Below are positions 45,660 through 56,283 of a DNA stretch of 64,000 nucleotides, in pieces. The stretch is from Minisyncoccota bacterium. GTDB taxonomy: Bacteria > Patescibacteriota > Minisyncoccia > Phycocordibacterales > UBA9973. The stretch is taken from positions 205,402 through 269,401 of the forward strand of contig JBAZRK010000002.1 in assembly GCA_041663005.1 (NCBI GenBank). Direction: 5' to 3'. Position 1 is the first letter of the stretch. Each line of letters starts with the position of its first letter. Made by a program: the position numbers and the translations under genes. The notes under the pieces were generated by a model. The model saw nothing but the letters and a program-made list of their open reading frames with translations, was not told where the DNA came from and ran no database searches.

Positions 45660-46355
45660 TTAATGAGCAAGAGTGAAAGCGATGACTTTACGGGCGCCGG
45701 CATCCTTAAGCGTGCGTCTGGCCTCGGAGAGGGTGGCGCCCGTGGTTAGGATGTCGTCTATTAAAATTATATTTCTCCCTGCGACAATTGCAGGGTTGTC
45801 AACCTGGAAAGTTCCGCGCATATTTTCCATTCGTCTTTTACGGTCCTTAATATGAGCTTGGTGTTCTGTTTCTTTGGGTTTAACGAGAGCATTCTCGCTG
45901 AGCTCAAACTTTACCCCGGAGTTTTCTTGCGCAATATTAATTTTCAGGATTTCTCGACAAATCAACGCAGCTTGATTGTAACCGCGCTCACGCAAACGTT
46001 TGCGTGAAAGAGGTATGGGTACCAAAAGTGTATTGTTAAAATTTTCCAAAACCGCAAGGTCGGCAAGCTCCTCAAGCATATTTTCGTACAAAATTTCGGC
46101 AAAAATTTTCGCCAACCGTCTCTTGCCCTTGTACTTAAACAACCAAAGGGATTTTTTAATGGGTGGGTGACGGTAGTCGTATAAAGGGAAAATCCACTTG
46201 GCGCTCTCCCGTTCAGCCCTAGGACAGTCTTCCAGACACCGAGAACAGAAATCTAACCCAGCTTTGCCACATATGGCGCATTTGATTGGGAAGACAAGGG
46301 AGAGTATTGTGTCTAAAAAATCCATATATGATATACTTAAGGGGTATTTTAGCAT
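45660..46355 (-). CDS. comFC: ComF-family competence protein (ComFC-like phosphoribosyltransferase)
   Basis: N-terminal Cys4 zinc finger (CAICG…CSRC) plus a C-terminal PRTase motif ILIDDILTTGATL. Confidence 0.65.
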   Translation of the reverse strand: MLKYPLSISYMDFLDTILSLVFPIKCAICGKAGLDFCSRCLEDCPRAERESAKWIFPLYDYRHPPIKKSLWLFKYKGKRRLAKIFAEILYENMLEELADLAVLENFNNTLLVPIPLSRKRLRERGYNQAALICREILKINIAQENSGVKFELSENALVKPKETEHQAHIKDRKRRMENMRGTFQVDNPAIVAGRNIILIDDILTTGATLSEARRTLKDAGARKVIAFTLAH

Positions 46356-46358
46356 AAT

Positions 46359-47495
46359 TTGAAGATGAGTAATCTATTAAATAAAATTTTTTCAGGTTTC
46401 CAGAAAATCACTCCCGGAGGAGGAGAAAATTCAGCAATTGGGGTAGATGTTGGGACCTCGGCAATTAAGATCGTGGAGATAAAAAGGAAAGGGGGTAAGG
46501 CTGTACTTGAAACCTACGGCGCTATTGCACTTGGTCCATATGCGGACATGGAGGCGGGTCGTGTTACTAATTTGCCTATAGAGAAAACCGTGGAGGCCTT
46601 GAAAGAAGTATTGAAACAGTCTGACGCTCGGGGGAGTGACTTGGCGCTAGCTGTGCCCATACAATCAAGCTTAATTTTTACTATTGAACTTCCAGCGAAC
46701 ATAGGCGCGGATGAAATTGAAGCAATTGTTCCAACCGAAGCCCGAAAATATATTCCCGTACCGATAACTGAAGTTTCTTTAGACTATTTTATTTTACCGA
46801 AAAAAGAAGCGTCTTTTGAAGAGTTGAATACGGACAGTGCTACGACAGTTGCCGAAAGCAAAATTAACATTCTTGTTGTAGCTACCCAAAATGATGCTGT
46901 GGCGAAGGCGCGGTCAGTTGTTTCCGCCTGTGGTATGTCGGCGTCATTTTTTGAAATAGAAATATTTTCATCGATTCGTGCCAACTTCGAGCACGAGCTT
47001 TCCCCAGTCTTGCTGATGGATTTTGGAGCGTCACGCACGAAGTTATCTCTAGTTGAGTTCGGTATGGTGAAAAGCTACCATACGATTGATCGTGGCGGAG
47101 CCGATATCACGAATTCCATTTCAAAATCGCTCAGCATCCCGTTTCAAGATGCGGAAAAAATGAAGAAAGATTTCGGACTTTTTGGTAGCCCATACGAGAA
47201 ATCTTTGGCAGATATTGTAAAGGTTCACATAGACTATATATTTTCGGAGACCAACAGTGTATTGCTCGGATATGAAAAGAAATACGGACGAACCGTCAGT
47301 AAAATAATTTTCACCGGCGGAGGGGCGCTCTTGAAAGGACTCCAGGAAACCGCGGCCGATAATTTCAGAGCTGAAATGGAGATGGGGCATCCGTTTTCTA
47401 AAGTTGGAGCACCCCAATTTTTAGACAAAGTTTTAGCTACTATGGGTCCGGAATTCGCTGTAGCTCTGGGGCTTGCCTTGCGAAAATTGCAATAA
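46359..47495 (+). CDS. pilM: type IV pilus assembly protein PilM (actin-like ATPase)
   Basis: IGVDVGTSAIKIVEI…TGGGALLKGL is an actin/HSP70-fold PilM pattern. Confidence 0.7.
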   Translation: MKMSNLLNKIFSGFQKITPGGGENSAIGVDVGTSAIKIVEIKRKGGKAVLETYGAIALGPYADMEAGRVTNLPIEKTVEALKEVLKQSDARGSDLALAVPIQSSLIFTIELPANIGADEIEAIVPTEARKYIPVPITEVSLDYFILPKKEASFEELNTDSATTVAESKINILVVATQNDAVAKARSVVSACGMSASFFEIEIFSSIRANFEHELSPVLLMDFGASRTKLSLVEFGMVKSYHTIDRGGADITNSISKSLSIPFQDAEKMKKDFGLFGSPYEKSLADIVKVHIDYIFSETNSVLLGYEKKYGRTVSKIIFTGGGALLKGLQETAADNFRAEMEMGHPFSKVGAPQFLDKVLATMGPEFAVALGLALRKLQ

Positions 47496-47592
47496 TTCTT
47501 CGTTCCAGCTATAGAAATTTAATTTACAGTTGCCGAGTTATACACAATTTACTTCATTTGAGTTTGCGTTTGTTATATAATATATAGGATAA

Positions 47593-48189
47593 ATGGAGCA
47601 AAATTTTCAAACATCATTTATACCTAAGAAGCCGATTATCAAACAACGCGCTGAGGCTTCGCGGCCTGTGAACCCGTTGCTTGTCATTGCGCTTTTTATT
47701 TTATTTACGGTGCTTGTCGCCTCGGGGGGGTTGTATTTTTATACCCAGCTTAAAGGCAAAAATCTTGAAAATATGAAAACGAGTCTTGGTATAGCACAAA
47801 CTCGTTTTGAACCGACCAAGCTTGCCGAGTTACAAGTGTTAGATAAGCGTCTCCTTGCTGCTAATAAGGTTCTCTCTCAGCACATCGCTGTTACGCCTAT
47901 TTTCGAAGCACTAGAGGATATAACAATGAAAACTGTTCGTTTTACTTCTTTTGCTTATTCGATAGGGGAAGATATTAACTCTCCCATAGAGGTGAAAATG
48001 TCGGGAGAAGCCGTGGGCTATCGTCCCATCGCGCTTCAATCAGATTTGTTTGCCAAAAACAAAATTTTTATCGACCCCGTTTTTTCGAATTTATCCCTAG
48101 ACCAAAATGGCAATATTGTTTTTGATTTAACTTTTTCCATAGATCCGGAGGTTCTAAATTATAAGCAGACTATATCTACAGACGTTTAG
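47593..48189 (+). CDS. pilN: PilN-like bitopic pilus assembly protein
   Basis: Single N-terminal TM helix and periplasmic-type domain; position after pilM. Confidence 0.4.
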   Translation: MEQNFQTSFIPKKPIIKQRAEASRPVNPLLVIALFILFTVLVASGGLYFYTQLKGKNLENMKTSLGIAQTRFEPTKLAELQVLDKRLLAANKVLSQHIAVTPIFEALEDITMKTVRFTSFAYSIGEDINSPIEVKMSGEAVGYRPIALQSDLFAKNKIFIDPVFSNLSLDQNGNIVFDLTFSIDPEVLNYKQTISTDV

Positions 48190-48199
48190 TTTTTAAAAA

Positions 48200-48790
48200 A
48201 TGAAATTTTTTATACCAACAATTTTAATAGCCATAGCCGTAGCTGTATTTTTCCTATTCACTTCACCAACTTACGACAAGCTGTCGCTCCTCCGCACTGA
48301 AATTAAATCCTATGACGAAGCACTGGGGAATTCCAAAGCACTGGAGGATAAACGGGATAAATTAACTGCCAAGAAAAATTCTTTCCGCACAGAAGATTTG
48401 AGTCGACTAGAAAAGCTTTTACCCGAAAACGTAGACAATATCCGCTTGGTGCTCGAGATAGAGCAGTTGGCAGAGCCTTATAATATGGCGCTCAAGAATG
48501 TAAAATATGATGCTGCTGAAGGTCCAACTCCTCCAAAGGGGAGTAAGGTGGCGACTAGCAATGCTCGTCAAACTCGTGAAGACTATGGCGCCCTTGAGCT
48601 GGAATTTACCGTAGTTGGCACTTACGACAAATTTGTTAACTTTGTGCGCGACTTAGAAAATAATTTAAGGATTGTGGATATCTCCTCAATTACTTTCTCT
48701 TCAAATAATCCAACAATTGTAGGAAAAGCGGTTACTCCGGATTTATATGAATACAATATTCGCATTAAAACTTATTGGTTAAAGAATTAA
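48200..48790 (+). CDS. pilO: PilO-like pilus assembly protein
   Basis: N-terminal TM helix and coiled coil; position. Confidence 0.35.
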   Translation: MKFFIPTILIAIAVAVFFLFTSPTYDKLSLLRTEIKSYDEALGNSKALEDKRDKLTAKKNSFRTEDLSRLEKLLPENVDNIRLVLEIEQLAEPYNMALKNVKYDAAEGPTPPKGSKVATSNARQTREDYGALELEFTVVGTYDKFVNFVRDLENNLRIVDISSITFSSNNPTIVGKAVTPDLYEYNIRIKTYWLKN

Positions 48791-48791
48791 A

Positions 48792-49223
48792 ATGCCCAAA
48801 ATAAGAAACATCATAATATTCATATGTATTGCGGCGGCGGTATTTCTTGGGTATTTTTACTTTACCAAAACGCGACCACCAGAGGAAGCGGCCCTTGTAT
48901 CTTTACCTGTAACTCAAGATTCACCCACTTCAAACGACGTGCCTAACTCCGACGTAGATTCAGGTACACCGGTCCTAGCCGGCGAGTTTCTGTCTCTTCT
49001 CCTTAGCGTAGAAAATATAAAACTAGAAGATGCTATTTTTTCTAATCCGGCCTTTAAGAATCTCAAAGATTCTAGTATTGTTATTACCGGTGATGGTACA
49101 GAGGGAAGGCCGAACCCATTCGCACGCATAGGATCTGATGCCCCCGTAGCGCCTATTACCCCTCCCGCAACAGAAACTCCTCCAGCTTTTCCGCTTCCAC
49201 CAACTGAACCTGCAACCGAATAA
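48792..49223 (+). CDS. hypothetical TM protein with a proline-rich tail (PilP-like by position)
   Basis: Position only. Confidence 0.25.
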   Translation: MPKIRNIIIFICIAAAVFLGYFYFTKTRPPEEAALVSLPVTQDSPTSNDVPNSDVDSGTPVLAGEFLSLLLSVENIKLEDAIFSNPAFKNLKDSSIVITGDGTEGRPNPFARIGSDAPVAPITPPATETPPAFPLPPTEPATE

Positions 49224-49241
49224 AGGAGGATAACACAAGCC

Positions 49242-50981
49242 ATGAGTTTTTTAGAAGAATTAGCCAAACAAGGCGTAATAGATAAAAATAAAATAGGAGA
49301 AATCAAAGATCGCGCGCGCGAAGACCATGGTGGCGATATAGACGAGGCGCTTGTGAGTCTAGGAATTCCCGCTGAAAAGATATTAGAACTCAAAGGAGAC
49401 TATTTAGGTATTCCCGTCAAGAAATTAAATATCGAAGAGATGTCTTTCGATGCCCTGAAATACATATCGGAAGATTCTGCTGTGCACTATCGCTTTGTTC
49501 CACTGGAACTTAAAGATGGGGTGCTGGAAGTTGGCGTTACAGACCCTGAAAACATGCAAGGCATGGACGCTTTGCAGTTTATTTCTACTAAAATAGGTCT
49601 TCCTTTTAAAGTTTTTCTTATTTCCAAAAACGATTACGATAGTGTTATAGAAACCTATAAAGGCATTGAAAGCCAGGTGGGAGAGGCGCTAGAGGAATTA
49701 AGTAAAGAAGAGATAGACGACGTAAAAAAATTAAGTGCGGAAAATCTTAATAAGGAAATCAAAAATATAGAGCCCGGTAATGAAAAAATAGTTGAAGACG
49801 CACCGGTTATAAAAATTGTCGCGGTAATTCTCCGGAACGCCATCGAAGGAAATGCCTCAGATATACATATTGAGCATATGGGAGAAAAGGTTAAAGTCCG
49901 CTTTCGGGTGGATGGGGCACTTCACACAACCATAACCCTACCACCGAGTGTTTATGCGGGAGTCGTGGCCCGCATTAAAATTTTAGCTAAATTGCGCTTA
50001 GACGAGAAACGCAAGCCTCAGGATGGATCATTCAGTGCCAATATAGACAATCGTAAGATAGATTTTCGCGTATCTACAATGCCAGCGTATTATGGAGAGA
50101 AAGTCGTAATGCGAATCCTCGATTCCGAGAAAGGGGTGAAACCCCTCGATCAGTTGGGACTCTCCGAAGTCAATTTAAATATAATTCGAGAAGCAATAAA
50201 GAAACCCTACGGACTCATTTTAATTACTGGTCCTACCGGTTCTGGGAAATCCACTACTCTTTATTCAATGATGAACGAGCTCGATAAAGAAACTTCAAAC
50301 ATTATTTCTTTAGAAGATCCGGTGGAGTACCATATGCCTGATATTAACCAGTCACAGATGATGCCAGAAATTGGTTATACTTTCGCTTCCGGTCTACGTT
50401 CAATTCTTCGCCAGGACCCGGATATAATAATGGTGGGAGAAATTCGTGATAAAGAAACGGCCCAGCTGGCTATCCAGGCCGCGCTTACGGGGCACTTGGT
50501 TCTTTCGACGCTTCACACCAACAGCGCCGTGGGCGCCATACCGAGGCTCGTAGACATGGGTGTGGATCCATATTTAATTGCTCCGACGTTAATCGTTTCC
50601 ATTGCCCAGCGGTTGGCTCGTCTCACATTTCCAGCCTCACGAAAGGAGGTGCCTATGGATCCAAGTGTACGTACGCAAATCGAAGAACAGATGAGAGATT
50701 TGCCGGAACAATGGCGACCAGCGATAGGAGACAAGATGTACGATATCGTGCCTTCTCCTGAATGTCCTTCCGGGACACGCGGGCGTATAGCGGTTTTCGA
50801 AATGTTCAAGGTGGATAAGGAAATGCAGTCAGTAATATTGAAGAATCCGGTTAACTCGGAAATTTATAGAGTCGCTCGAAAGAATGGAATGCTCATCATG
50901 CGCGAAGATGCTATGTTGAAATCACTGCAAGGACTCATTCCTTTTACAGAGGTATATAATTTTAATAATGAAACAGAGTAA
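49242..50981 (+). CDS. pilB: type IV pilus assembly ATPase PilB (GspE family)
   Basis: Walker A GPTGSGKSTT, Asp box, His box, tetracysteine motif (CPSG…); SD AAAGGAGGA upstream. Confidence 0.85.
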   Translation: MSFLEELAKQGVIDKNKIGEIKDRAREDHGGDIDEALVSLGIPAEKILELKGDYLGIPVKKLNIEEMSFDALKYISEDSAVHYRFVPLELKDGVLEVGVTDPENMQGMDALQFISTKIGLPFKVFLISKNDYDSVIETYKGIESQVGEALEELSKEEIDDVKKLSAENLNKEIKNIEPGNEKIVEDAPVIKIVAVILRNAIEGNASDIHIEHMGEKVKVRFRVDGALHTTITLPPSVYAGVVARIKILAKLRLDEKRKPQDGSFSANIDNRKIDFRVSTMPAYYGEKVVMRILDSEKGVKPLDQLGLSEVNLNIIREAIKKPYGLILITGPTGSGKSTTLYSMMNELDKETSNIISLEDPVEYHMPDINQSQMMPEIGYTFASGLRSILRQDPDIIMVGEIRDKETAQLAIQAALTGHLVLSTLHTNSAVGAIPRLVDMGVDPYLIAPTLIVSIAQRLARLTFPASRKEVPMDPSVRTQIEEQMRDLPEQWRPAIGDKMYDIVPSPECPSGTRGRIAVFEMFKVDKEMQSVILKNPVNSEIYRVARKNGMLIMREDAMLKSLQGLIPFTEVYNFNNETE

Positions 50982-51065
50982 ATAAGGTAGATTATATGAA
51001 GTTTTCCCCGAAAGATTATAACCTAAGTTGGTGTATGGTATAATGAATGGGTAGTGTTAAATCCT

Positions 51066-51458
51066 ATGGAAAAAGAAAAAAAGAAAATTCTAATAGTTGA
51101 CGATGACAACTTCTTGCTTGATATGTATGCGCTTAAATTCAGCCAGAATGATTTCGAGGTGTACACGGCCGGTAGCGGTATGACTGTCTTGGATAAGCTC
51201 CACGGAGGGTTAACGCCCGACGTAATATTGATGGACATAATAATGCCCGAGATGAACGGCTTTGAGGCGCTTGACCAAATTAACAAAGAAGGTCTCTGCC
51301 CAAACGGTATTAAAATTATCTTATCCAACAAAAGCGAGCAGAAAGATATTGAAGAAGGCAACCGTCTTGGGGTCGCCGGATACATAGTCAAAGCTAATTC
51401 CACGCCGGCGGAGGTCATAGAGCAAGTGGTGAAAATTTTAGAAAACAAAAAAGTATAA
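51066..51458 (+). CDS. response regulator receiver domain protein (PilH/CheY-like)
   Basis: KILIVDDDNFLLDMY…MDIIMPEMNGFEAL. The track ORF begins at GTG 51054; ATG 51066 is more likely. The promoter TGGTATAAT at 51036-51044 leaves a leader of about 15 nt. Confidence 0.6.
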   Translation: MEKEKKKILIVDDDNFLLDMYALKFSQNDFEVYTAGSGMTVLDKLHGGLTPDVILMDIIMPEMNGFEALDQINKEGLCPNGIKIILSNKSEQKDIEEGNRLGVAGYIVKANSTPAEVIEQVVKILENKKV

Positions 51459-51461
51459 ATT

Positions 51462-52520
51462 ATGGATTACAAAAAAGAACTTGAAGAACTCATATTAAAC
51501 GTTGTACACGAGAATGGCTCTGACTTGCATCTCGGTGTAGGGCGCCCACCCGCCATCAGAGTTGCCGGGGAACTTATTACAATTACGAAACATCAACCAT
51601 TAACACAAGAAGACCTTTTGGGATTTTTGGCTGAGATTTTAGATAAAAAGAAAATCGACGAATTTCAAGAAAACCTCGAAGCGGATTTCTCGTACGATTT
51701 CCAAGGAGAAACAAGGCTCCGTGGCAACGCCTTTTTCCAGAAAGGTAAAATCAATATAGTTTTCCGAATTGTGCCTAAGGTTCAGACAATGGCCGAGCTT
51801 CGTCTCCCTCCCGTACTTGCAGAACTAGCGCGCAAGAAACAAGGTTTTTTCCTAGTTGTGGGACCCGTCGGCCAAGGTAAATCCACAACTCTATCCGCAA
51901 TGGTTAATATCATAAACAACGAACAAGCGCGACACATAGTAACCATCGAAGATCCGATTGAACATGTTTATACAGCGAACAAATCCATAGTGAATCAGCG
52001 CGAGGTAGGTATTGATACCAAGGATTTTCATGTGGCACTTAAAGAAGTTTTTCGCCAAGACGTGAACGTCATAATGATAGGCGAAATGCGCACCCCCGAA
52101 ACCATCTCAACTGCGGTCACCGCGGCGGAGACTGGGCACTTGGTGCTTTCCACGCTTCATACCAACAATGCCTCGCAGACAATTGATCGTATCATCGATT
52201 CATTCCCCGGTAATCAACAAGATCAAATACGTACACAGCTGGCAGCTTCGCTTTTAGGAATATTTTCCCAGCGTTTAGTTCCTAGAATTGCCGGAGGATT
52301 GATTCCTGCCTATGAATTGCTTTTAAACAACAATGCGGTAGCGAACTTGATCAGAGAGAAACGTACCCACGAAATAGATGTCGTGATTGAGACCGGAACA
52401 GAGTCAGGCATGGTGGATTTAAACCATTCGCTTCTAGAGTTGGTTCGTGCTGGGGAAATTTCCATCGAGAACGCTTACCAGTATTCTCTTAACCCGAAGG
52501 GTTTAGAGCGGTTGATTTAA
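51462..52520 (+). CDS. pilT: twitching motility ATPase PilT
   Basis: GPVGQGKSTT Walker A, PilT-like Asp/His boxes; 352 aa. Confidence 0.85.
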   Translation: MDYKKELEELILNVVHENGSDLHLGVGRPPAIRVAGELITITKHQPLTQEDLLGFLAEILDKKKIDEFQENLEADFSYDFQGETRLRGNAFFQKGKINIVFRIVPKVQTMAELRLPPVLAELARKKQGFFLVVGPVGQGKSTTLSAMVNIINNEQARHIVTIEDPIEHVYTANKSIVNQREVGIDTKDFHVALKEVFRQDVNVIMIGEMRTPETISTAVTAAETGHLVLSTLHTNNASQTIDRIIDSFPGNQQDQIRTQLAASLLGIFSQRLVPRIAGGLIPAYELLLNNNAVANLIREKRTHEIDVVIETGTESGMVDLNHSLLELVRAGEISIENAYQYSLNPKGLERLI

Positions 52521-52576
52521 AATCAGACATCGGACGCGAAAGAATTCCTACGTCCGACGCCTAGAATGATACAATT

Positions 52577-53785
52577 ATGCTTTTCAAATACAAAGCTCTT
52601 GATACTGAAGGTTCGACGAAAGAAGGGGAGATAGATGCTCCCAGCAAAGACATTGCGATAAGCGGATTGCAACGACGTGGTCTCGTGATAGTTTCTATTA
52701 ATGAAGAAGGATCCAAAAAATCTATTTTTCAGGTTTCTATTTTTGACAGAGTAAAACCTAAGGAAATTGTTATCCTTTCACGTCAGATTGCCACACTCTT
52801 TGAGGCTGAAGTTTCAGCACTTAAGGCTTTTACGATGCTCGGAGCAAATACTGAAAGCAAACTCTTAAGTCGAAAGCTTAACCAAATAAGCGACGACTTG
52901 CAGGCCGGGGTTTCTATATCTGGCGCGTTGGCTCATCAGCCGGATGTGTTTTCTAATTTCTACGTCAACATGGTGAAAGTGGGAGAAGAGACAGGTAAAT
53001 TAAATGAAACCTTCCTCCACTTGGCAGAATATCTGGATCGACAATACTCTCTTACCTCAAAGACACGAAATGCGCTTATTTACCCGGCATTCGTCATCGT
53101 CACTTTTTTCGTGGTTATGACTTTGATGTTCACGGTTGTTATCCCGAAGCTTGCCGCCATAATGCTTGATTCTGGACAAGACGTACCTACTTTCACAAAA
53201 ATAGTGATAGCTATTTCTAATCTGTTTGTACACTATGGATTTCTGGTTTTGATCCTTCTAGTGTTTGGCGGATTTTGGATTTGGCGTCTCGCCACAACAG
53301 AAAAAGGCAAGATCTACCTTGACTCCATAAGGCTTGCCACTCCAGCAGTAGGAAATCTATATCAAAAATTATATCTTTCCCGAATTACCGACAACTTAAA
53401 CACAATGCTTTCTTCCGGTGTACCAATCGTGCGCTCCATAGACATTACTGCCGAAGTTGTCGGGAGCGTGGTGTATAAGGATTTATTGAAAGAAGTTGCC
53501 GATGGAGTGAAGTCAGGGCTTGCTTTGTCAGCTGCCTTCCAACGTCACCCTGAAGAAATCCCGGGTATATTGGTGCAGATGGTGCAAGTAGGAGAGGAGA
53601 CAGGCTCCCTTGGTTCAATTCTTAAAACATTAACGGATTTCTACAAACGCGAAGTAGATGACGCTGTCGATACTCTCGTGGGATTGATTGAGCCGGTAAT
53701 GATAGTTGTCCTGGGCTTGGGTGTGGGAATTTTACTAGTGTCAGTGCTTATGCCTATTTACAATATGGCGGGAGGAATCAGCTAG
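52577..53785 (+). CDS. pilC: type IV pilus platform protein PilC (GspF family)
   Basis: Two GspF repeats, polytopic, 402 aa. Confidence 0.85.
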   Translation: MLFKYKALDTEGSTKEGEIDAPSKDIAISGLQRRGLVIVSINEEGSKKSIFQVSIFDRVKPKEIVILSRQIATLFEAEVSALKAFTMLGANTESKLLSRKLNQISDDLQAGVSISGALAHQPDVFSNFYVNMVKVGEETGKLNETFLHLAEYLDRQYSLTSKTRNALIYPAFVIVTFFVVMTLMFTVVIPKLAAIMLDSGQDVPTFTKIVIAISNLFVHYGFLVLILLVFGGFWIWRLATTEKGKIYLDSIRLATPAVGNLYQKLYLSRITDNLNTMLSSGVPIVRSIDITAEVVGSVVYKDLLKEVADGVKSGLALSAAFQRHPEEIPGILVQMVQVGEETGSLGSILKTLTDFYKREVDDAVDTLVGLIEPVMIVVLGLGVGILLVSVLMPIYNMAGGIS

Positions 53786-53926
53786 ATGCCTGTGGATAAC
53801 TTCCTTGCGTATATAAAACTCTACGGTGATATAATATAGTTATAAAAATAAGTCGAAATTTCAGCCTGGTCGGCTGATTCGCCGAAAAGGCAAAATTATC
53901 AGTTATTATTAATAATTAATATAATT

Positions 53927-54343
53927 ATGAAGAATTTTAAGAAAGGTTTTACGTTGATCGAACTCTTGGTGGTTGTAGCCATCATCGGTATCTTGGCTTC
54001 CGTTGTGCTTGCGTCTCTAAACAGCGCTCGAACAAAGGGTAAGGATGCTAGTGCGAAGGCAAGTATGTCTTCTATGAAGGCTGAAGCTGAGTTAGCAGTG
54101 GATTCAAGCGGAAACTATCCAGCGACTTTATGTTCTGCTACGTTGTCTAACTTGATTACCGCAGTAAACGGACAAGTTCCTACAGCTGGAGCTGTTAACT
54201 GTGACGTACCAGCTGCAGCCCCTTATAGCGCCTGGGCAGCAGAAACCACATTAAACGATGGAACTATCTTCTGCGTTGATAGCACTGGTTTCTCTGGAAC
54301 CATAGCGGCTACAAAAGGGGCAGATACGACAGTTTGTCAATAA
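53927..54343 (+). CDS. type IV pilin (class III signal peptide, G/FTLIE)
   Basis: MKNFKKG|FTLIELLVVVAIIGILASV prepilin N-terminus; terminator follows. Confidence 0.8.
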   Translation: MKNFKKGFTLIELLVVVAIIGILASVVLASLNSARTKGKDASAKASMSSMKAEAELAVDSSGNYPATLCSATLSNLITAVNGQVPTAGAVNCDVPAAAPYSAWAAETTLNDGTIFCVDSTGFSGTIAATKGADTTVCQ

Positions 54344-54362
54344 TTAATTTCAATAGTTATTA

Positions 54363-54395
54363 AGAAAAAACGACCAAAGGGTCGTTTTTTCTTTT
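54363..54395 (+). terminator. rho-independent terminator after the first pilin gene
   Basis: AAAAAACGACCAAAGGGTCGTTTTTTCTTTTT. Confidence 0.7.
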
Positions 54396-54441
54396 TAGGC
54401 CTATGGTATAATAAAACCATATTATAAATAACTTTTAATTT

Positions 54442-54882
54442 ATGAAGTTGTTAAAAAATAGCAAAAGAAATCAAGGGTTTACGCTAATAGAACTTTTGAT
54501 AGTTATCGCAATTATTGGAATTTTGTCTACGGTGGTTTTGGCAATGTTAAGTTCTGCTAGGAACAAAGGCAAGGACTCGTCGATTCAAAGAGAGATGAAA
54601 TCACTGCAGAGTCAGGTAGCCATAGCGGCAGATGATGGAAATTATAATGGTCTTTTTGACACTAATGACCAGTGGTCTTCGCCAGATCCCAAGATTCAAG
54701 CACTCTTGACTGCTATCGGAGAGTTGAGCACGGTACACACTGCAGGTAGCGGGGAGTTAGGTTGGGCTGTCCAAGTGCAGTTAACAAACGATGCTTCACA
54801 GTATTTCTGCGTAGATACCAGTGGCAATGGAAGCACATCGACCACAGCCTTATCTCCAGGTGACACAGCTTGTCCACAATAA
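54442..54882 (+). CDS. type IV pilin (second paralog)
   Basis: MKLLKNSKRNQG|FTLIELLIVIAIIGIL; promoter TGGTATAAT at 54404-54412. Confidence 0.75.
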   Translation: MKLLKNSKRNQGFTLIELLIVIAIIGILSTVVLAMLSSARNKGKDSSIQREMKSLQSQVAIAADDGNYNGLFDTNDQWSSPDPKIQALLTAIGELSTVHTAGSGELGWAVQVQLTNDASQYFCVDTSGNGSTSTTALSPGDTACPQ

Positions 54883-54888
54883 GTACAA

Positions 54889-55692
54889 ATGACCACTATT
54901 CTTACATTAATTTTTTTCGGTCTCGGGCTTATCATTGGTAGCTTCTTGAATGTGGTAATTTTCCGGCTCAACACGGACCGAACTTTCGGCGGCAGAAGCG
55001 CGTGTATGTCGTGTCACCACAAACTTTCTTGGTTCGAACTTGTGCCCCTTTTAAGTTACCTCTTTCTTCTTGGTAGGTGTCGCCATTGCAAGACTCACAT
55101 CTCCGCCCAGTACCCCATAGTTGAATTCCTCGTGGGAATTATTTTCGCATCGCTCTTCTTGAAATTCGAAAATTTGTTTTTCGATGCCCCGTATTCCTTC
55201 ATTGCGGCTTACGCCTTTTACGCGGCGGTGTTCTCCTTACTTATGGTGATTGCGACGTACGACGTAAAGCACAAAATAATTCCAGACGCGCTTTCTGTTA
55301 TTCTCGGGACACTAGCCTTTATCGGGATATTTTTCTTCAATATCGATGACGCGCGAGTCTTTTACCTTCATCTTCCTTCGCTTTCGCAATTTCTCTCAGG
55401 TTTTATCTTGGCCGCTCCATTTGCCCTCTTGTGGCTGGTTTCACGCGGGCGCTGGATGGGCCTGGGCGACGCCAAGCTTGCCATAGGGCTCGGCTGGATT
55501 TTAGGGCCCTCAAGGCTTCTTTCAGGCGCAGTACTTTCTTTCTGGGTCGGAGCCGTTCTTGGAATTATTCTGGTAGCCTTCTCGAGGAAATATAAAATGA
55601 AAAGTGAGCTACCCTTTGCGCCGTACCTTGTTCTGGGTGCCGCCTTGGCTTTCTTCTTCGAGCTCCATATATTTCTAATGAGTTTTAATTAG
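54889..55692 (+). CDS. pilD: prepilin peptidase (A24 family)
   Basis: Polytopic; CxxC…CxxC zinc motif (CMSCHH…CRHC); catalytic Asp motifs. Confidence 0.8.
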   Translation: MTTILTLIFFGLGLIIGSFLNVVIFRLNTDRTFGGRSACMSCHHKLSWFELVPLLSYLFLLGRCRHCKTHISAQYPIVEFLVGIIFASLFLKFENLFFDAPYSFIAAYAFYAAVFSLLMVIATYDVKHKIIPDALSVILGTLAFIGIFFFNIDDARVFYLHLPSLSQFLSGFILAAPFALLWLVSRGRWMGLGDAKLAIGLGWILGPSRLLSGAVLSFWVGAVLGIILVAFSRKYKMKSELPFAPYLVLGAALAFFFELHIFLMSFN

Positions 55693-56282
55693 TGATAGTG
55701 CAAAAATTTCAATTGAAAAATTTAAAATTTAGAAAAAACAGGAACAAGGGGATGACCTACGTAGAACTTATCGTGGTCCTATCTATTTTCTCCGTGTTGT
55801 CAGCGGTGTCGATGTTTAATTATGGTAAATTTCAAGCCAAGATTGATATAAAAAATCTAGCTTCCGACATAGCTCTAAAAATTGTCGAAGCCCAGAAATC
55901 CTCAATCGGTGGACTTTTACCTCCAAACGCAGACCCAGACTGGAAACCTTCCTACGGTGTTTATTTTAACCGAATTGCAAATAATAAAAGTTTTATTTAT
56001 TTTGCAGATGCCAGTGGAGATCGACAGTTTCAAGTTGGAGAAGAAATTCGGACAATGGCTATAAACAAGGGCAATTTAATTTCCTCAATCAAGACCTTTC
56101 CTGAAGACCTCTCTTTGGGTAATTTTACAATAAGTTTCGCGCGACCGGATTCTGGTGCCAAAATGTTTGGCGATGGAATAGAGCTGGTAAATACTTCCTG
56201 GGTAGAAATTACGGTAGAGTCCCCAAGCGAACCGCAAGCTATAATTCGAGTGTATCCTTCTGGTAGATTAGAAACACAATGA
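55692..56282 (+). CDS. minor pilin/pseudopilin-like protein
   Basis: Leader …NKG|MTYVELIVVLSIF with Glu at +5. Confidence 0.5.
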   Translation: MIVQKFQLKNLKFRKNRNKGMTYVELIVVLSIFSVLSAVSMFNYGKFQAKIDIKNLASDIALKIVEAQKSSIGGLLPPNADPDWKPSYGVYFNRIANNKSFIYFADASGDRQFQVGEEIRTMAINKGNLISSIKTFPEDLSLGNFTISFARPDSGAKMFGDGIELVNTSWVEITVESPSEPQAIIRVYPSGRLETQ

Positions 56283-56283
56283 T